Made by a program: the position numbers and the translations under genes
Notes under the pieces: model-generated
What the model saw: only the letters and a program-made list of their open reading frames with translations
Database searches by the model: none
Told to the model about the DNA's origin: nothing
Shown here: positions 20,294 through 32,358 of the stretch, piece after piece
Layout of the letters: each line of letters starts with the position of its first letter
How positions within the stretch are numbered: the first letter of the stretch is position 1
Source: Fidelibacterota bacterium
GTDB lineage: Bacteria > Fidelibacterota > UBA2242 > JAOZSR01
Assembly (NCBI GenBank): GCA_029939575.1
Contig: JAOZSR010000002.1
Coordinates: forward strand, 8,814-72,813
Length of the DNA: 64,000 nucleotides
Direction of reading: 5' to 3'

Positions 20294-21018
20294 TGAATAT
20301 TTATGTAGTAACAGCATTTCCAGATATGATTAAATCATGTGTTGGAGAAAGTATGTTTAAAAAGGCAGCAACCAAAGCTGGCGTTAATTACAATATTTGG
20401 AACCTTAGAGACTTTACAAAAGATAAACATCGCCAGATTGATGACACTCCTTATGGCGGAGGTGCGGGAATGGTGTTAAAACCGGAACCTTTCTTTCGCG
20501 CTTATGACAAGCTCACTGATGAATTGAATAATGCAAAACAGCGTATTATTTTTCCATCTCCACAGGGCAAAACATTTGACCATGAGACAGCAGTAACGCT
20601 TTCTAAAGAAAAAAACCTGGTGTTTTTTTGTGGTCACTATAAAGGTGTTGACGAAAGAGTGATTGAAGAATTAGTTACTGATGAAATTAGCATTGGTGAT
20701 TTTGTGTTAACAGGTGGCGAATTACCATCATTAATGATGATAGATGCAATCATCAGACATATTCCTGGTGTATTGCACACTTATGAATCTGCACAAACAG
20801 ATTCATTTGCCGATGAATTACTTGAAGGTCCCATTTATACAAAGCCGGATGTATATAGGAATCTGAAAGTACCGGAAATATTATTTTCCGGGCATCATGC
20901 AAATATCGCTGATTGGAGATTTGAACAGCGATTAAAAAGAACCAAAGAAAGAAGAAAAGATTTGTTAAAAGAGAAAACAAAAAAAACTATAAATGATCTT
21001 GGAGGAAATAATGGATAA
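20293..21018 (+). CDS. trmD: tRNA (guanine37-N1)-methyltransferase
   Basis: [33 protein letters not shown]. Confidence 0.97.
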   Translation: MNIYVVTAFPDMIKSCVGESMFKKAATKAGVNYNIWNLRDFTKDKHRQIDDTPYGGGAGMVLKPEPFFRAYDKLTDELNNAKQRIIFPSPQGKTFDHETAVTLSKEKNLVFFCGHYKGVDERVIEELVTDEISIGDFVLTGGELPSLMMIDAIIRHIPGVLHTYESAQTDSFADELLEGPIYTKPDVYRNLKVPEILFSGHHANIADWRFEQRLKRTKERRKDLLKEKTKKTINDLGGNNG

Positions 21019-21358
21019 ATTGGCTGCTGCAGTAGCGGATCAGTTAAAAACAGACATTCCTGAATTCAAAGCTGGAGATACAGTAACCGTTGATTATAAA
21101 ATTATCGAGGGTACCAGAGAAAGAATCCAGCAGTTTCAAGGAGTTGTAATCGCCCGAAAAGGTGGCGGAATTAGCGAAAATTTTACTGTTAGAAAAATTT
21201 CAAATGGTGTTGGTGTAGAAAGAATTTTTCCAATTCACTCACCAAAAATTAAAAAAATTGTACGAGTTTCCATTGGAAAAGTTCGTAGAGCAAAACTCTA
21301 TTATTTAAGAAAAATTAAAGGTAAAGCCGCCAGAATTAAAACCAAAACACCAAAATAG
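21011..21358 (+). CDS. rplS: 50S ribosomal protein L19
   Basis: [28 protein letters not shown]. Start moved to ATG 21011 after GGAGG. Confidence 0.97.
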   Translation: MDKLAAAVADQLKTDIPEFKAGDTVTVDYKIIEGTRERIQQFQGVVIARKGGGISENFTVRKISNGVGVERIFPIHSPKIKKIVRVSIGKVRRAKLYYLRKIKGKAARIKTKTPK

Positions 21359-21416
21359 AATATCTTAAGACTCAAACATATTTTAAATATTCATATAATA
21401 GGGTAATTACAAATTT

Positions 21417-21446
21417 AAATGCCACCTTACTGGTGGCATTTTTTTT
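21417..21446 (+). terminator. Intrinsic terminator after rplS
   Basis: AAATGCCACC-ttact-GGTGGCATTT followed by a T run. Confidence 0.85.
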
Positions 21447-21489
21447 ATACAAAGATAATGCAAGTCTTGTATTAAATATTAAAAATAAA

Positions 21490-21544
21490 TTGTGACAAGC
21501 CTATATGACTTTATGTCACAAATCTTTTCTGGCATACCATTTGT
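21490..21544 (+). promoter_or_regulatory. Palindrome plus sigma54-like -24/-12 element upstream of groES
   Basis: TTGTGACA (21490-21497) ... TGTCACAA (21514-21521), then TGGCATACCATTTGT (21530-21544), i.e. GG-N10-GT. Confidence 0.5.
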
Positions 21545-21640
21545 TCAAGTTGTGCCGCTTTATAAAAATTTAACAAAGAATTTATTAAAAACTGAAAGTA
21601 ATGGTAATTTAAAATTACTTTATTGAAAGGAGAAACAAAT

Positions 21641-21925
21641 ATGGCTATTAAACCTTTAGCAGACCGAGTACTTGTGAAACCTGCAATTGCAGAAGAAAAA
21701 ACTAGCGGTGGAATAATATTACCTGACTCAGCAAAAGAAAAACCACAAGAGGGAACCATTGTGGCTGCAGGACCTGGGAAAATTTCTGAAGCTGGAAACA
21801 AAATTCCAATGGAAGTTAAAGTAGGAGATAAAGTTCTTTATGGTAAATATTCAGGAACAGAAGTTACTGTTGCTGGTGAAGAACAATTAATTATGCGAGA
21901 AAGTGATATTCTGGCTATACTATAA
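21641..21925 (+). CDS. groES: Co-chaperonin GroES
   Basis: [33 protein letters not shown]. Start ATG 21641 after AAGGAG. Confidence 0.98.
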   Translation: MAIKPLADRVLVKPAIAEEKTSGGIILPDSAKEKPQEGTIVAAGPGKISEAGNKIPMEVKVGDKVLYGKYSGTEVTVAGEEQLIMRESDILAIL

Positions 21926-21933
21926 GTCAGTAA

Positions 21934-23601
<1,668 letters not shown>

Positions 23602-23623
23602 TCAATATATTTACCATATTTTT

Positions 23624-23653
23624 AAAAACCCCGGTTATTTGGCCGGGGTTTTT
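23624..23653. terminator. Bidirectional terminator between groEL and pepF
   Basis: AAAAACCCCGG-ttatttgg-CCGGGGTTTTT. Confidence 0.88.
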
Positions 23654-23688
23654 ATTTTTAAATTTATTACTACTTTTTAATTTTATGT

Positions 23689-25578
23689 TTATAAATTATT
23701 TACTTCTTTTTCTAATAATTCTACTAACCTGTCGAAATGTTTTACAACATTCATAATTGTTTCCGATTGAGTTAAATCAACCCCACTATCCAATAATTGG
23801 TTCATAGGATAATCACTTCCACCTGATTTTAATAAATTAAGATATTTTCCCCTGGTCTTGCGTTTTGTCAACGGAGAACCTTTTATAACTTCATTGTATA
23901 ATTTTGCAGAGGAAACAAAACAGGTTGCATATTGATAAACATAATATGGAGCCCTGTAAAAATGGCCGATTCTGGCCCAGACAGTATTTAACAAATCATT
24001 TTCCTCAACAGTATCACCATAATATGTATTATTCAACTCCTTCATTATATTATTCAGGACTGTAGCAGTGATTGGTTTTCCCTTTTCAACCAATTCATGA
24101 ACCTGTAATTCAAAATCTGCTAATAAAGTCTGGAAATATAAGGTTCCGGTAATATTTCGAATTGCCTGCTGTAACAATGCAATTCTTTCTTTTGGATTAT
24201 CTGTTTTTTCGAGTAAATACTCAAGTAGCAATTGTTCATTAAAAGTTGATGCAACTTCTGCAACAAAAATTGTATAAGAATGTATCGCAAATGGTTGATT
24301 TGAATTAGATAAAGTTGTGTGCATTGTATGACCTAATTCATGTGCTAATGTAAATACATCTCCCAGTGTTTCATTATAATTCATTAACATATAGGGATGT
24401 ACTCCATAAACATCTGCAGAATATGCTCCAGACCGTTTTCCTTCATTTTCATAGACATCAAGCCATCCACCTTTAATTGCTTGTTTCATTTTTTCCTGGT
24501 ATGCTTTTCCCAGAGGCTCCACAGATTCCAAAATCCACTCAAGTGCAGTTTCATAAGAATATTTCTTATCAAAGTCAGTAATTGGTACAGAACCATCATA
24601 AGAATAATATTTATCTAACTTTAATATTTTTTTACGCAGTCTGTTATACTTTTTTAAAGGCTCTGTATTATCTTTTACTGTTTTAATTAAATTTTTATAA
24701 ACTTCTACAGGAATATTATTACCATCTAAAGCAGCTTCTAATGTGCTATTGTAATCACGTGCTTGTGCTGATGCCCAATCTCTCTGACAAATAGCATTAT
24801 AAACTGCTGCATAAGTATTCTCTTGTTTTTTATAAACCTGGTAATGGTTTTCAAATACAAGTTTTCGGTCTTCCTGATTTCTGTTGGTAGCCAGAATCAT
24901 TCCATAATTCCCATTAGTTACTTTGACTTCAGAGCCATCAGATAACTTAACTGTTGGAAAATCAATATCAGAAGTTGATAATTCTGTGTATATTGAATTT
25001 GGTGTTCCATTAAATTGGGAAAAAAAGGAAATTAATTTTTCTTTATCTTCATCTAAAACATGTTTTTGCTGACGATATAAATCTTCCATTCCAAAGCGAT
25101 ATGGATCATAACTTTTGTCTTTTATCCATTTTTCCATCGTCTCCCAGGGTATTTGTAATATTTCAGGATTAATCCAGGCAGTTGCAGTACCAAATCCTGA
25201 GAATAAAAGGCTCACTTTTTGGAGGTGAGCAGAAATCTCCTGATTTCTGGTATCAGTATCCCTCATTAATTGTGGGTAACGATAAACCCGATAAGATAAA
25301 ATACCAAGTTCATCTTGTAATTTTAAAGCATTCAATAAGTTTTTCGGTGATTTTCCAAGAGTTCCTTTTAATTTAACAATTTCATCCATCTTCTTTTCCA
25401 AAGAGACCAGGCCTTCCTCCCAGGCATCCCAATCTGAATAAATATCAGAAAAATTCCATTTATATTTAGCTGGAATTTCATGCCGGTTCATGGTTTCTGG
25501 TTTTTGAGCAAAAAGACTTGTTGAAATTAACATCACAAAAAAAACGGGAAATAAGACTCGCCAAAATTTTACATTCAT
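23689..25578 (-). CDS. pepF: Oligoendopeptidase F (M3B) with signal peptide
   Basis: GKRSGAYS, TLAHELGH zinc motif, FVAEVAS, HFY..YYVYQYAT; hydrophobic N-terminus ending LFA-Q. Confidence 0.93.
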   Translation of the reverse strand: MNVKFWRVLFPVFFVMLISTSLFAQKPETMNRHEIPAKYKWNFSDIYSDWDAWEEGLVSLEKKMDEIVKLKGTLGKSPKNLLNALKLQDELGILSYRVYRYPQLMRDTDTRNQEISAHLQKVSLLFSGFGTATAWINPEILQIPWETMEKWIKDKSYDPYRFGMEDLYRQQKHVLDEDKEKLISFFSQFNGTPNSIYTELSTSDIDFPTVKLSDGSEVKVTNGNYGMILATNRNQEDRKLVFENHYQVYKKQENTYAAVYNAICQRDWASAQARDYNSTLEAALDGNNIPVEVYKNLIKTVKDNTEPLKKYNRLRKKILKLDKYYSYDGSVPITDFDKKYSYETALEWILESVEPLGKAYQEKMKQAIKGGWLDVYENEGKRSGAYSADVYGVHPYMLMNYNETLGDVFTLAHELGHTMHTTLSNSNQPFAIHSYTIFVAEVASTFNEQLLLEYLLEKTDNPKERIALLQQAIRNITGTLYFQTLLADFELQVHELVEKGKPITATVLNNIMKELNNTYYGDTVEENDLLNTVWARIGHFYRAPYYVYQYATCFVSSAKLYNEVIKGSPLTKRKTRGKYLNLLKSGGSDYPMNQLLDSGVDLTQSETIMNVVKHFDRLVELLEKEVNNL

Positions 25579-25785
25579 AATCATCCTTTCAATGTTTTAA
25601 TTATTATTCTTCATACATAAGATTATTTGGATACATTTACATCTAAAAAGTTGTCAAAAACAATAATTTTTTATCATGGAAATTTGTTTCATTATTTCTA
25701 AAATTAACTATTACCCTTCTCTTCCTTCTTGTCTTTTATTAAATAATAAATTAACTTTCAAAAATTATGAAAGGAAAGACATCTT

Positions 25786-26322
25786 ATGGAATTGACAAAA
25801 AAAGCCACAGAATTATTAAAACTACAAAATTATGCACCCAAAACTCAAATAGAAGGTGTAAAAATTATAAAATTAAAACGGTTTAATGATGATGGTGGCT
25901 CATTTACCGAACTTGCACGAATGGATAATGGAATGTTTCAGGAATTACCAGACATTGAAATAAAACAGATTAATTATAGTGAAATGGATATCAATTCAAT
26001 AAAAGCCTTTCACCTTCATAAAAAACAATCTGATATTTGGTTTGTACCTCATAGTGAAAAAATATTATTAACTCTGATTGATTTACGAAAATCCTCTTCA
26101 ACAAAAGATAAATATATGCGAATTGTTATGGGAGATTCCAATTCGTTCCTGGTTTATATTCCACCCGGAGTTGCACACGGATGTAAAAATATTTCGAATA
26201 AAATTGCCCGAATAATTTATTTTAATGACCAACATTTTTCTGCTGACCCCGATAAATGTGATGAGGGAAGACTTCCCTGGGATTATTTAGGAAAAGAGAT
26301 CTGGGATATCACGAAAGAATAA
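25786..26322 (+). CDS. dTDP-4-dehydrorhamnose 3,5-epimerase (RmlC)-like cupin
   Basis: IEGVKII, DDGGSFTE, IKAFHLH, LIDLR, YIPPGVAHG. Confidence 0.82.
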   Translation: MELTKKATELLKLQNYAPKTQIEGVKIIKLKRFNDDGGSFTELARMDNGMFQELPDIEIKQINYSEMDINSIKAFHLHKKQSDIWFVPHSEKILLTLIDLRKSSSTKDKYMRIVMGDSNSFLVYIPPGVAHGCKNISNKIARIIYFNDQHFSADPDKCDEGRLPWDYLGKEIWDITKE

Positions 26323-26325
26323 ATA

Positions 26326-27729
26326 TTATTCAGCCGGATTACCATTTTTGTCAATAGCATACATTTTCATTTTTTTATAAAAAGATGTTCTATCAATGCC
26401 AAATATATCCGCAGCAGATGAGATGTTATTTCTGCTGGCTTTTATAGAACGTAAGAGTAATTCTTTTTCAATATTCTGTTTCAAATACATCAAAGCTTCT
26501 TTATAAGTTTCAGATTGTTTTATGGCTCTGTCTATATCAAAACAAGGATTATTTTTTTTGTTACGTATATCAAAAATTGAAAGATGTTGGGGTAGAATTT
26601 TTTTGGTAGCGTGAAGCATCGAGTTTCTTATCACATTTCTTAACTGGCGGATATTTCCCGGCCAGTCAAATTCTATCAACAATTCCAAAGCCTCATCAGA
26701 AATACCCTCAATATTCTTACCAAGTTCCTTGCTTGTTTCTTGGATAAATTTATTTACTAACCCTGGAATATCATCTAATCTATCTCTTAATGGTGGAATG
26801 TGAATAGTATATTCTGAAATTCTATAAAAAAGATCTTCTCTAAAATTTCCATTGGTCACTTCGTCTGACAGATTTTTTAAAGTAGCAAAAATGAGCCTGG
26901 AATCAATAGCAATATCTTGTTTAGAACCGATAGGAGATATCCTTTTTGATTCAACGACTCTTAACATCCTTCGTTGCTGACTCATTGGCATATTACCAAT
27001 TTCATCTAAAAACAAGGTACTTTTATTTGACTTTTGAAAACTGCCCTCTTTTTTTTCATATGCTCCAGTAAAAGAACCTTTTTCATGGCCAAAAAGTTCA
27101 CTTTCGAATAGAGCTTCTGGAATAGCACCACAATTCACTGTAACCATTTGAGATGAAGCCCTATTACTTTGATTATGAATAAAGGTTGCAACTACCTCTT
27201 TTCCGGAGCCTGTTTCACCCTGGAGTAAAACACTAAAATCAGTTTGTGCAACAGTATTAATTTGATTTATTAATTTTTTCGCTGCATCACTGGAGCCAAA
27301 AATACTTTCGCCATCACTTGGATCACCTAAGAATAATTTTAAATCTTTTAACTCATTTTTAACACTTTGAGAACTTATACCTCTTTCAACATTGAGAAGT
27401 AAAACCTGATTATTAAAAGGCTTTTCAATAAAATAAAAAGCTCCCATTTTAATAGCTTTAACAGCACTTTCAATAGCCCCAAAAGCCGTAATAACTATAA
27501 CGACTAATCCATCTTCAATTTTCTTTTTTAGTTTGCTTAGAACTTCCCAGCCATCAATCACTGGTAATTTCAAATCTAAAATTACACAATTCAGATATTT
27601 ATTATTAATAATATTCAGGGCTTCATTTCCATCTGAGGCTGTATAAATACTATATCCCTGTTCACTGAATAATTCAGCAATATTCTCACGAGTATCAATA
27701 TTATCATCCACAATTAAAATTTTATTCAT
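26326..27729 (-). CDS. NtrC-family sigma54-dependent response regulator
   Basis: Receiver domain (ILIVDD, ILDLKLP); AAA+ motifs GETGSGKE, ESELFGHEKGSFTGA, FLDEIG, WPGNIRQL; Fis-type HTH. Confidence 0.95.
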   Translation of the reverse strand: MNKILIVDDNIDTRENIAELFSEQGYSIYTASDGNEALNIINNKYLNCVILDLKLPVIDGWEVLSKLKKKIEDGLVVIVITAFGAIESAVKAIKMGAFYFIEKPFNNQVLLLNVERGISSQSVKNELKDLKLFLGDPSDGESIFGSSDAAKKLINQINTVAQTDFSVLLQGETGSGKEVVATFIHNQSNRASSQMVTVNCGAIPEALFESELFGHEKGSFTGAYEKKEGSFQKSNKSTLFLDEIGNMPMSQQRRMLRVVESKRISPIGSKQDIAIDSRLIFATLKNLSDEVTNGNFREDLFYRISEYTIHIPPLRDRLDDIPGLVNKFIQETSKELGKNIEGISDEALELLIEFDWPGNIRQLRNVIRNSMLHATKKILPQHLSIFDIRNKKNNPCFDIDRAIKQSETYKEALMYLKQNIEKELLLRSIKASRNNISSAADIFGIDRTSFYKKMKMYAIDKNGNPAE

Positions 27730-27815
27730 AATATCTCTCCGGGCAGTTAAATTTATTATAGAAAGTTATAATAAATAGTGCGACAATTTATAAAATATCA
27801 ACATTTATCAAAAAT

Positions 27816-30800
27816 TTATGTTTGCCTATTGGCAAACTTTGTAGCAGGCAAAGTAACTAGAAAGCGAGTCCCTTTATTTATCTCACTTTCTACTTTTATT
27901 TCACCTTTATGAACTTTTATTATCTCATTTACCAAGGATAATCCCAAGCCAAATCCAGTAGGTTTAGTTGAATAAAATGGATTAAATACTTTTTGCAAAT
28001 TTTCTTTATTTATCCCGATTCCGGTATCACTTATTTCTATTGTAACACTTCCGTTTTTTATAGGAAGTGCCTGGATTTTCAGAACCCCTTCTGATTCCAT
28101 AGCATCAAATCCATTATTAATAATGTTTTTTAGAGCCTGAAGCAATTTAAATTCATCAACATAAATTTGTATATCCTTATCCAATGATTTTGTTATAATT
28201 TTAATTAAACTCTTGTCTTCACTTTTTTCTTTGGCATAATTTATTATTTTTCCAAATATATTATTAAAACTATTCGCCTTTAGAAATAATCCGTCCTGAT
28301 GAGTATAATCATACAATTCTCCAATTACTTTATTACATATTATAACATTACGGTTTATTACATCCATATGTCTTATGATTTTCGAATCATTCTGAAATTT
28401 TGAAGAGGAACCAACTAATTGGGCAGAACTATTAATACTCGCCAAAGGATTCTTGATTTCATGAGCCAACTGCAAAGTAAGTTTCTTTAAACTTTCCCTT
28501 TTAAGTCGTTCTGAATTAATCAGTTCATCTTCTGCTTCAATTCTGGTTTTTATTTCCATTGATAATTGTTTATTAGCTTGCAGTAAATCATTGGTTTGCT
28601 TTTGTACCTGGATTTCAAGGTTCTTTTTTGAATCAGTTAAAACTTTTTCAATCTTTATCTGATCTGTAATATCCTTAGAATAAATTGCAATAGAAGTAAT
28701 ATTCTCTTCGAAATCGGTTATAGGATAAATATGATTTGAAAAAACTTTATCATCAAATTTATCCCGAAATAAAATTGCTCTTTTTTGATTCAAACAATTC
28801 CTGATATTTTGGATTCGTTGTTCGCTGATAAAATTATTAGGCTTAAAGTCAAATACTGACTGACCAACTACTTTTTCCTGTGACAATTTTGCTAAACTAC
28901 AGGCAGCTTCATTAGCATCTAAAATAATACCCTGTTTATTTATTAGTACCGAACAATCCAGTGCAGAATTCAACAAAGCCCTGGCAGTTTTCTCACTTTT
29001 CTTTAGGTAATATTCAATTTTTTTTCTCGCATAAGCATTTGAAACAATATTTGACATTGTATGTACAAGATCAATTTCTGATTTATTCCAATTTCTACAT
29101 TTTCTACACTCAACAAAACAAATGAACCCAAAATATTCGTTAAAAACCATTAAAGGAAAAATAAGCACCGATTTGATTTTCTGAGTTTTAAAAATTTTAG
29201 ACAACTTGATTGGCAATTCGTGAATATTTGATGCACAAATCGGTTCGCCTGTCAATAAAGTGTCTTTTAAATTTGTAGATTCTTCCTCTGAAAAAGTGAT
29301 ACCATTTTTACTAAAATATGAAGGATTATTCTGACTAACCCATTGATATTTTTCTTTTGAATATTGTCCATCAATTATATTATGAAAAAGATATGTACAG
29401 CATAAATTCAGATGTTTCCCACTTTCAGAAAGAGCAAAATTTACTTTGTTATCAAAATTTTCCAAAGTATTGAAACTCAGGGCAACACTTCCGATCAATT
29501 CCTGCTGATAAAGATGAGATCTCAACACTTGTTCTTTCTTCTGAAGTGCATTCTGGGCTTTTTCTCTTTCTTTAACTTCTTTTTTAAGTTCAATGTTTTT
29601 TGTGGCTAATTCCTGCGTTCTTTCCTCTACCCTTTCTTCTAATTTATCATGAGCTTCCTTTAGATCCTTGTTCTTAATATTTAATTCTTTAGTCTGAATC
29701 TCAACTTCCTTAATCAATTTCTGTTTCTGAGATATCAGTCTGGCAGTCCTTAATTTGATTATAAAAAAAATAATTAAAACAAATAAAATAACAACAAACA
29801 AATAAAACCACTTGGTTTGATAAAAAGGCGGTTTAATATATAATTTAACTGCTGCTTCTTTTTCTGACCAGACACCAAAACAATTGGCTCCTCTGGCTCG
29901 CATTACATAATGTCCGGGTTTAATATTAGTATAGGTTACTGAATGTTGAGTGTTAAAATATTGCCACTCCTTATCATACCCTTCCAAAAAGAATTCATAA
30001 GTATTTTTCTTGCTATCTAAATAATTAATTAATAAAAAATTAAAAGAAAAAATATAATCCTGATAAGAAATTTCTATTTCTCCATTTATATTATACAGAT
30101 TCCAAAGATTCTGTTTTTTACCAAAAATTTTGAAATCAAATAATTTTATTTCAGAATCTATCTTTTTATTAAAAAGTTTAGGATCAAAACTATAGATTCC
30201 GCCAACTCCTGTCACATTTATTTTTCCATCCCTCCCGGTTAAAATAGTACCATAAGAAAAACCCGGGGCAGTAATATTAAAACCATCTTCACCTGAATAA
30301 TTTGAAAAAATCTCTTTTTCGGGATCAAGTCGTGTTATACCAAGATTAGTTTGTATCCAAATATTATCATTAAAATCCTCTGTAATTCCAACAATTCTAT
30401 TTGAAGATAAACCATCTAGATCGTGATAACTTTTTTCCAATTGCCCCATTTTGTTAAATTTATAAAGTCCTTCATACCTGGAACCAGCCCAAATATTCCC
30501 TTTTCTATCACAATAGGTATCTACAAATCTTAATCCACCATTTGTTGATGATGTTCTTCTTAAAGGAAAATTTTTTAAAAAACATTCTTTCACAGGATCA
30601 AATAAAACCATACCGTTAGCTAAGTATCCTAACCAAAGTAGCCCAGAATGATCCTGAATTATAGAAACCAAGAAAATATTCGAATTATTTCCTGATTTCA
30701 CTATAAAAAGAGAATCCGGCAAAGGAAATTCCTGAAACTCAGTAGTCTCTTTATTAAATTTAAATAATCCACGTGCAGTACCTAACCAAAATTTTCCTGA

Positions 30801-32231
30801 TTCATCTTCAAAGAAATTATTTATTAAATTAGAGAATCTTTTTTTTCTAATATTTTCGTAACTGGCATTCTCAATATGATAATTATTGTTCTCATAATAC
30901 TTAAATTTTTCCTGGTATGGATTGAAAAATATCAAACCTTTATTAGTGGCTAACCAAATATTTGAATCTTTATCTTCAAGAATTTTCTTAATTTTTCCCG
31001 GATTTATCTTGCATTGCTCAAAAGGATTAAATTTTATAAATTTATTATTATAATATTTTATTAATAATGTATCAGTACCAACCCAAATATTTCCCTGTCT
31101 ATCCTCTGTAATAGAGTAATTTTTCCTTTCTCTCTCAGATGGCAAAGTATAATTTGATATTTGATTCCAACTTTTGTTTTTATATAATCCATTTCCTATA
31201 GTTCCCAACCAGATAACTCTGTCTTTATCAACAAAAATATTGCTAATATAATTATAATCCAATCCGGATATCCTATCTCTGGGTTCTTTTGAATTCCTAA
31301 ACTCCCCGGTTTCTTTATTAAAAATGGAAAAACCAATATTTGAATTGCCTAATAATAAATATTGTTCATTAATATCATTTATACAAGTTAAACAATTGGT
31401 AAACAGTAAATGATTTTTGGGATCATTAACATCATAATTTTCAAGAATAAATCCATTAAAATATTTTATTAATTTTTTTGATTTAATATTATATTCATAA
31501 AATTTGTTATTACCGCACCCAAACCATAACGAATTATTATGTCCTGAACAAAAACTGAATATAGTTGTTCCTTTTTCAAATTCGATGGGACATTCTTTAA
31601 AAATATTATCAACCAGATTATTTCGATAAAACTTTTCATATATTTGAATATACAAATAATTATCTTGGCTGATTTTTAATTCTCCATTACTTTTTCTTTC
31701 TGTATGCCTATCATCCTTCTTAGTCTTCCATTTATTTAAAAGAAATAAGTGGTTAGTGCCTGATTTAACTTTCCACAGTTCCATTGAATTCAATAAAAAA
31801 TATATGTTACCATATTTATCCTTGGTCATATCAATTATATGGTCATCTGCATGTTGCTTATACCTTATTATTTTTCCGGTTTTGTTTTCATAGCGATTGA
31901 GACCTCTTTTCGTTCCAACCCACATATCATTGTTTTTGTCTGTCAGTAAACTGGTAATATAACTATGTCCAATAGAAGTGCTATCATCATATAAATAAAT
32001 AAATTTTTTAAAATTATCACCGGAATAATAAAACAGACCACGATTAGTACCAAACCACATTATTCCATCTTGATCCTGCTCTATTGCATTGATACTTAGA
32101 CTTGCAAAACCTGGTTCTAAAATAATTTTTTCAAATTCCAGATCATTATTAAAATAGGCGAGGCCAAAAGAGTAAAATAGAAAAGTTATCAGTAAAATTC
32201 TTATAATTTTATTATATAATATATTACTCAA
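27816..32231 (-). CDS. Sensor histidine kinase: beta-propeller (Reg_prop) + Y_Y_Y + TM + GAF + PAS + HisKA/HATPase
   Basis: Repeated D..G.IW.GT motifs, YTNIKPGHY, PPFYQTKWF TM segment, LAHEIKNPL, DTGIGI, GFGLGL. Confidence 0.92.
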   Translation of the reverse strand: MSNILYNKIIRILLITFLFYSFGLAYFNNDLEFEKIILEPGFASLSINAIEQDQDGIMWFGTNRGLFYYSGDNFKKFIYLYDDSTSIGHSYITSLLTDKNNDMWVGTKRGLNRYENKTGKIIRYKQHADDHIIDMTKDKYGNIYFLLNSMELWKVKSGTNHLFLLNKWKTKKDDRHTERKSNGELKISQDNYLYIQIYEKFYRNNLVDNIFKECPIEFEKGTTIFSFCSGHNNSLWFGCGNNKFYEYNIKSKKLIKYFNGFILENYDVNDPKNHLLFTNCLTCINDINEQYLLLGNSNIGFSIFNKETGEFRNSKEPRDRISGLDYNYISNIFVDKDRVIWLGTIGNGLYKNKSWNQISNYTLPSERERKNYSITEDRQGNIWVGTDTLLIKYYNNKFIKFNPFEQCKINPGKIKKILEDKDSNIWLATNKGLIFFNPYQEKFKYYENNNYHIENASYENIRKKRFSNLINNFFEDESGKFWLGTARGLFKFNKETTEFQEFPLPDSLFIVKSGNNSNIFLVSIIQDHSGLLWLGYLANGMVLFDPVKECFLKNFPLRRTSSTNGGLRFVDTYCDRKGNIWAGSRYEGLYKFNKMGQLEKSYHDLDGLSSNRIVGITEDFNDNIWIQTNLGITRLDPEKEIFSNYSGEDGFNITAPGFSYGTILTGRDGKINVTGVGGIYSFDPKLFNKKIDSEIKLFDFKIFGKKQNLWNLYNINGEIEISYQDYIFSFNFLLINYLDSKKNTYEFFLEGYDKEWQYFNTQHSVTYTNIKPGHYVMRARGANCFGVWSEKEAAVKLYIKPPFYQTKWFYLFVVILFVLIIFFIIKLRTARLISQKQKLIKEVEIQTKELNIKNKDLKEAHDKLEERVEERTQELATKNIELKKEVKEREKAQNALQKKEQVLRSHLYQQELIGSVALSFNTLENFDNKVNFALSESGKHLNLCCTYLFHNIIDGQYSKEKYQWVSQNNPSYFSKNGITFSEEESTNLKDTLLTGEPICASNIHELPIKLSKIFKTQKIKSVLIFPLMVFNEYFGFICFVECRKCRNWNKSEIDLVHTMSNIVSNAYARKKIEYYLKKSEKTARALLNSALDCSVLINKQGIILDANEAACSLAKLSQEKVVGQSVFDFKPNNFISEQRIQNIRNCLNQKRAILFRDKFDDKVFSNHIYPITDFEENITSIAIYSKDITDQIKIEKVLTDSKKNLEIQVQKQTNDLLQANKQLSMEIKTRIEAEDELINSERLKRESLKKLTLQLAHEIKNPLASINSSAQLVGSSSKFQNDSKIIRHMDVINRNVIICNKVIGELYDYTHQDGLFLKANSFNNIFGKIINYAKEKSEDKSLIKIITKSLDKDIQIYVDEFKLLQALKNIINNGFDAMESEGVLKIQALPIKNGSVTIEISDTGIGINKENLQKVFNPFYSTKPTGFGLGLSLVNEIIKVHKGEIKVESEINKGTRFLVTLPATKFANRQT

Positions 32232-32358
32232 TTCTCTGCCTTTTCCTATTCAAAATTACTAAAAAAATGTAGAACTATTAAAGATTATTATTTAACCAGT
32301 TACATAAAATTTATTAAAACTTATCCTCACGATTTTTTTGTATCTAAAACAAAAAAAG

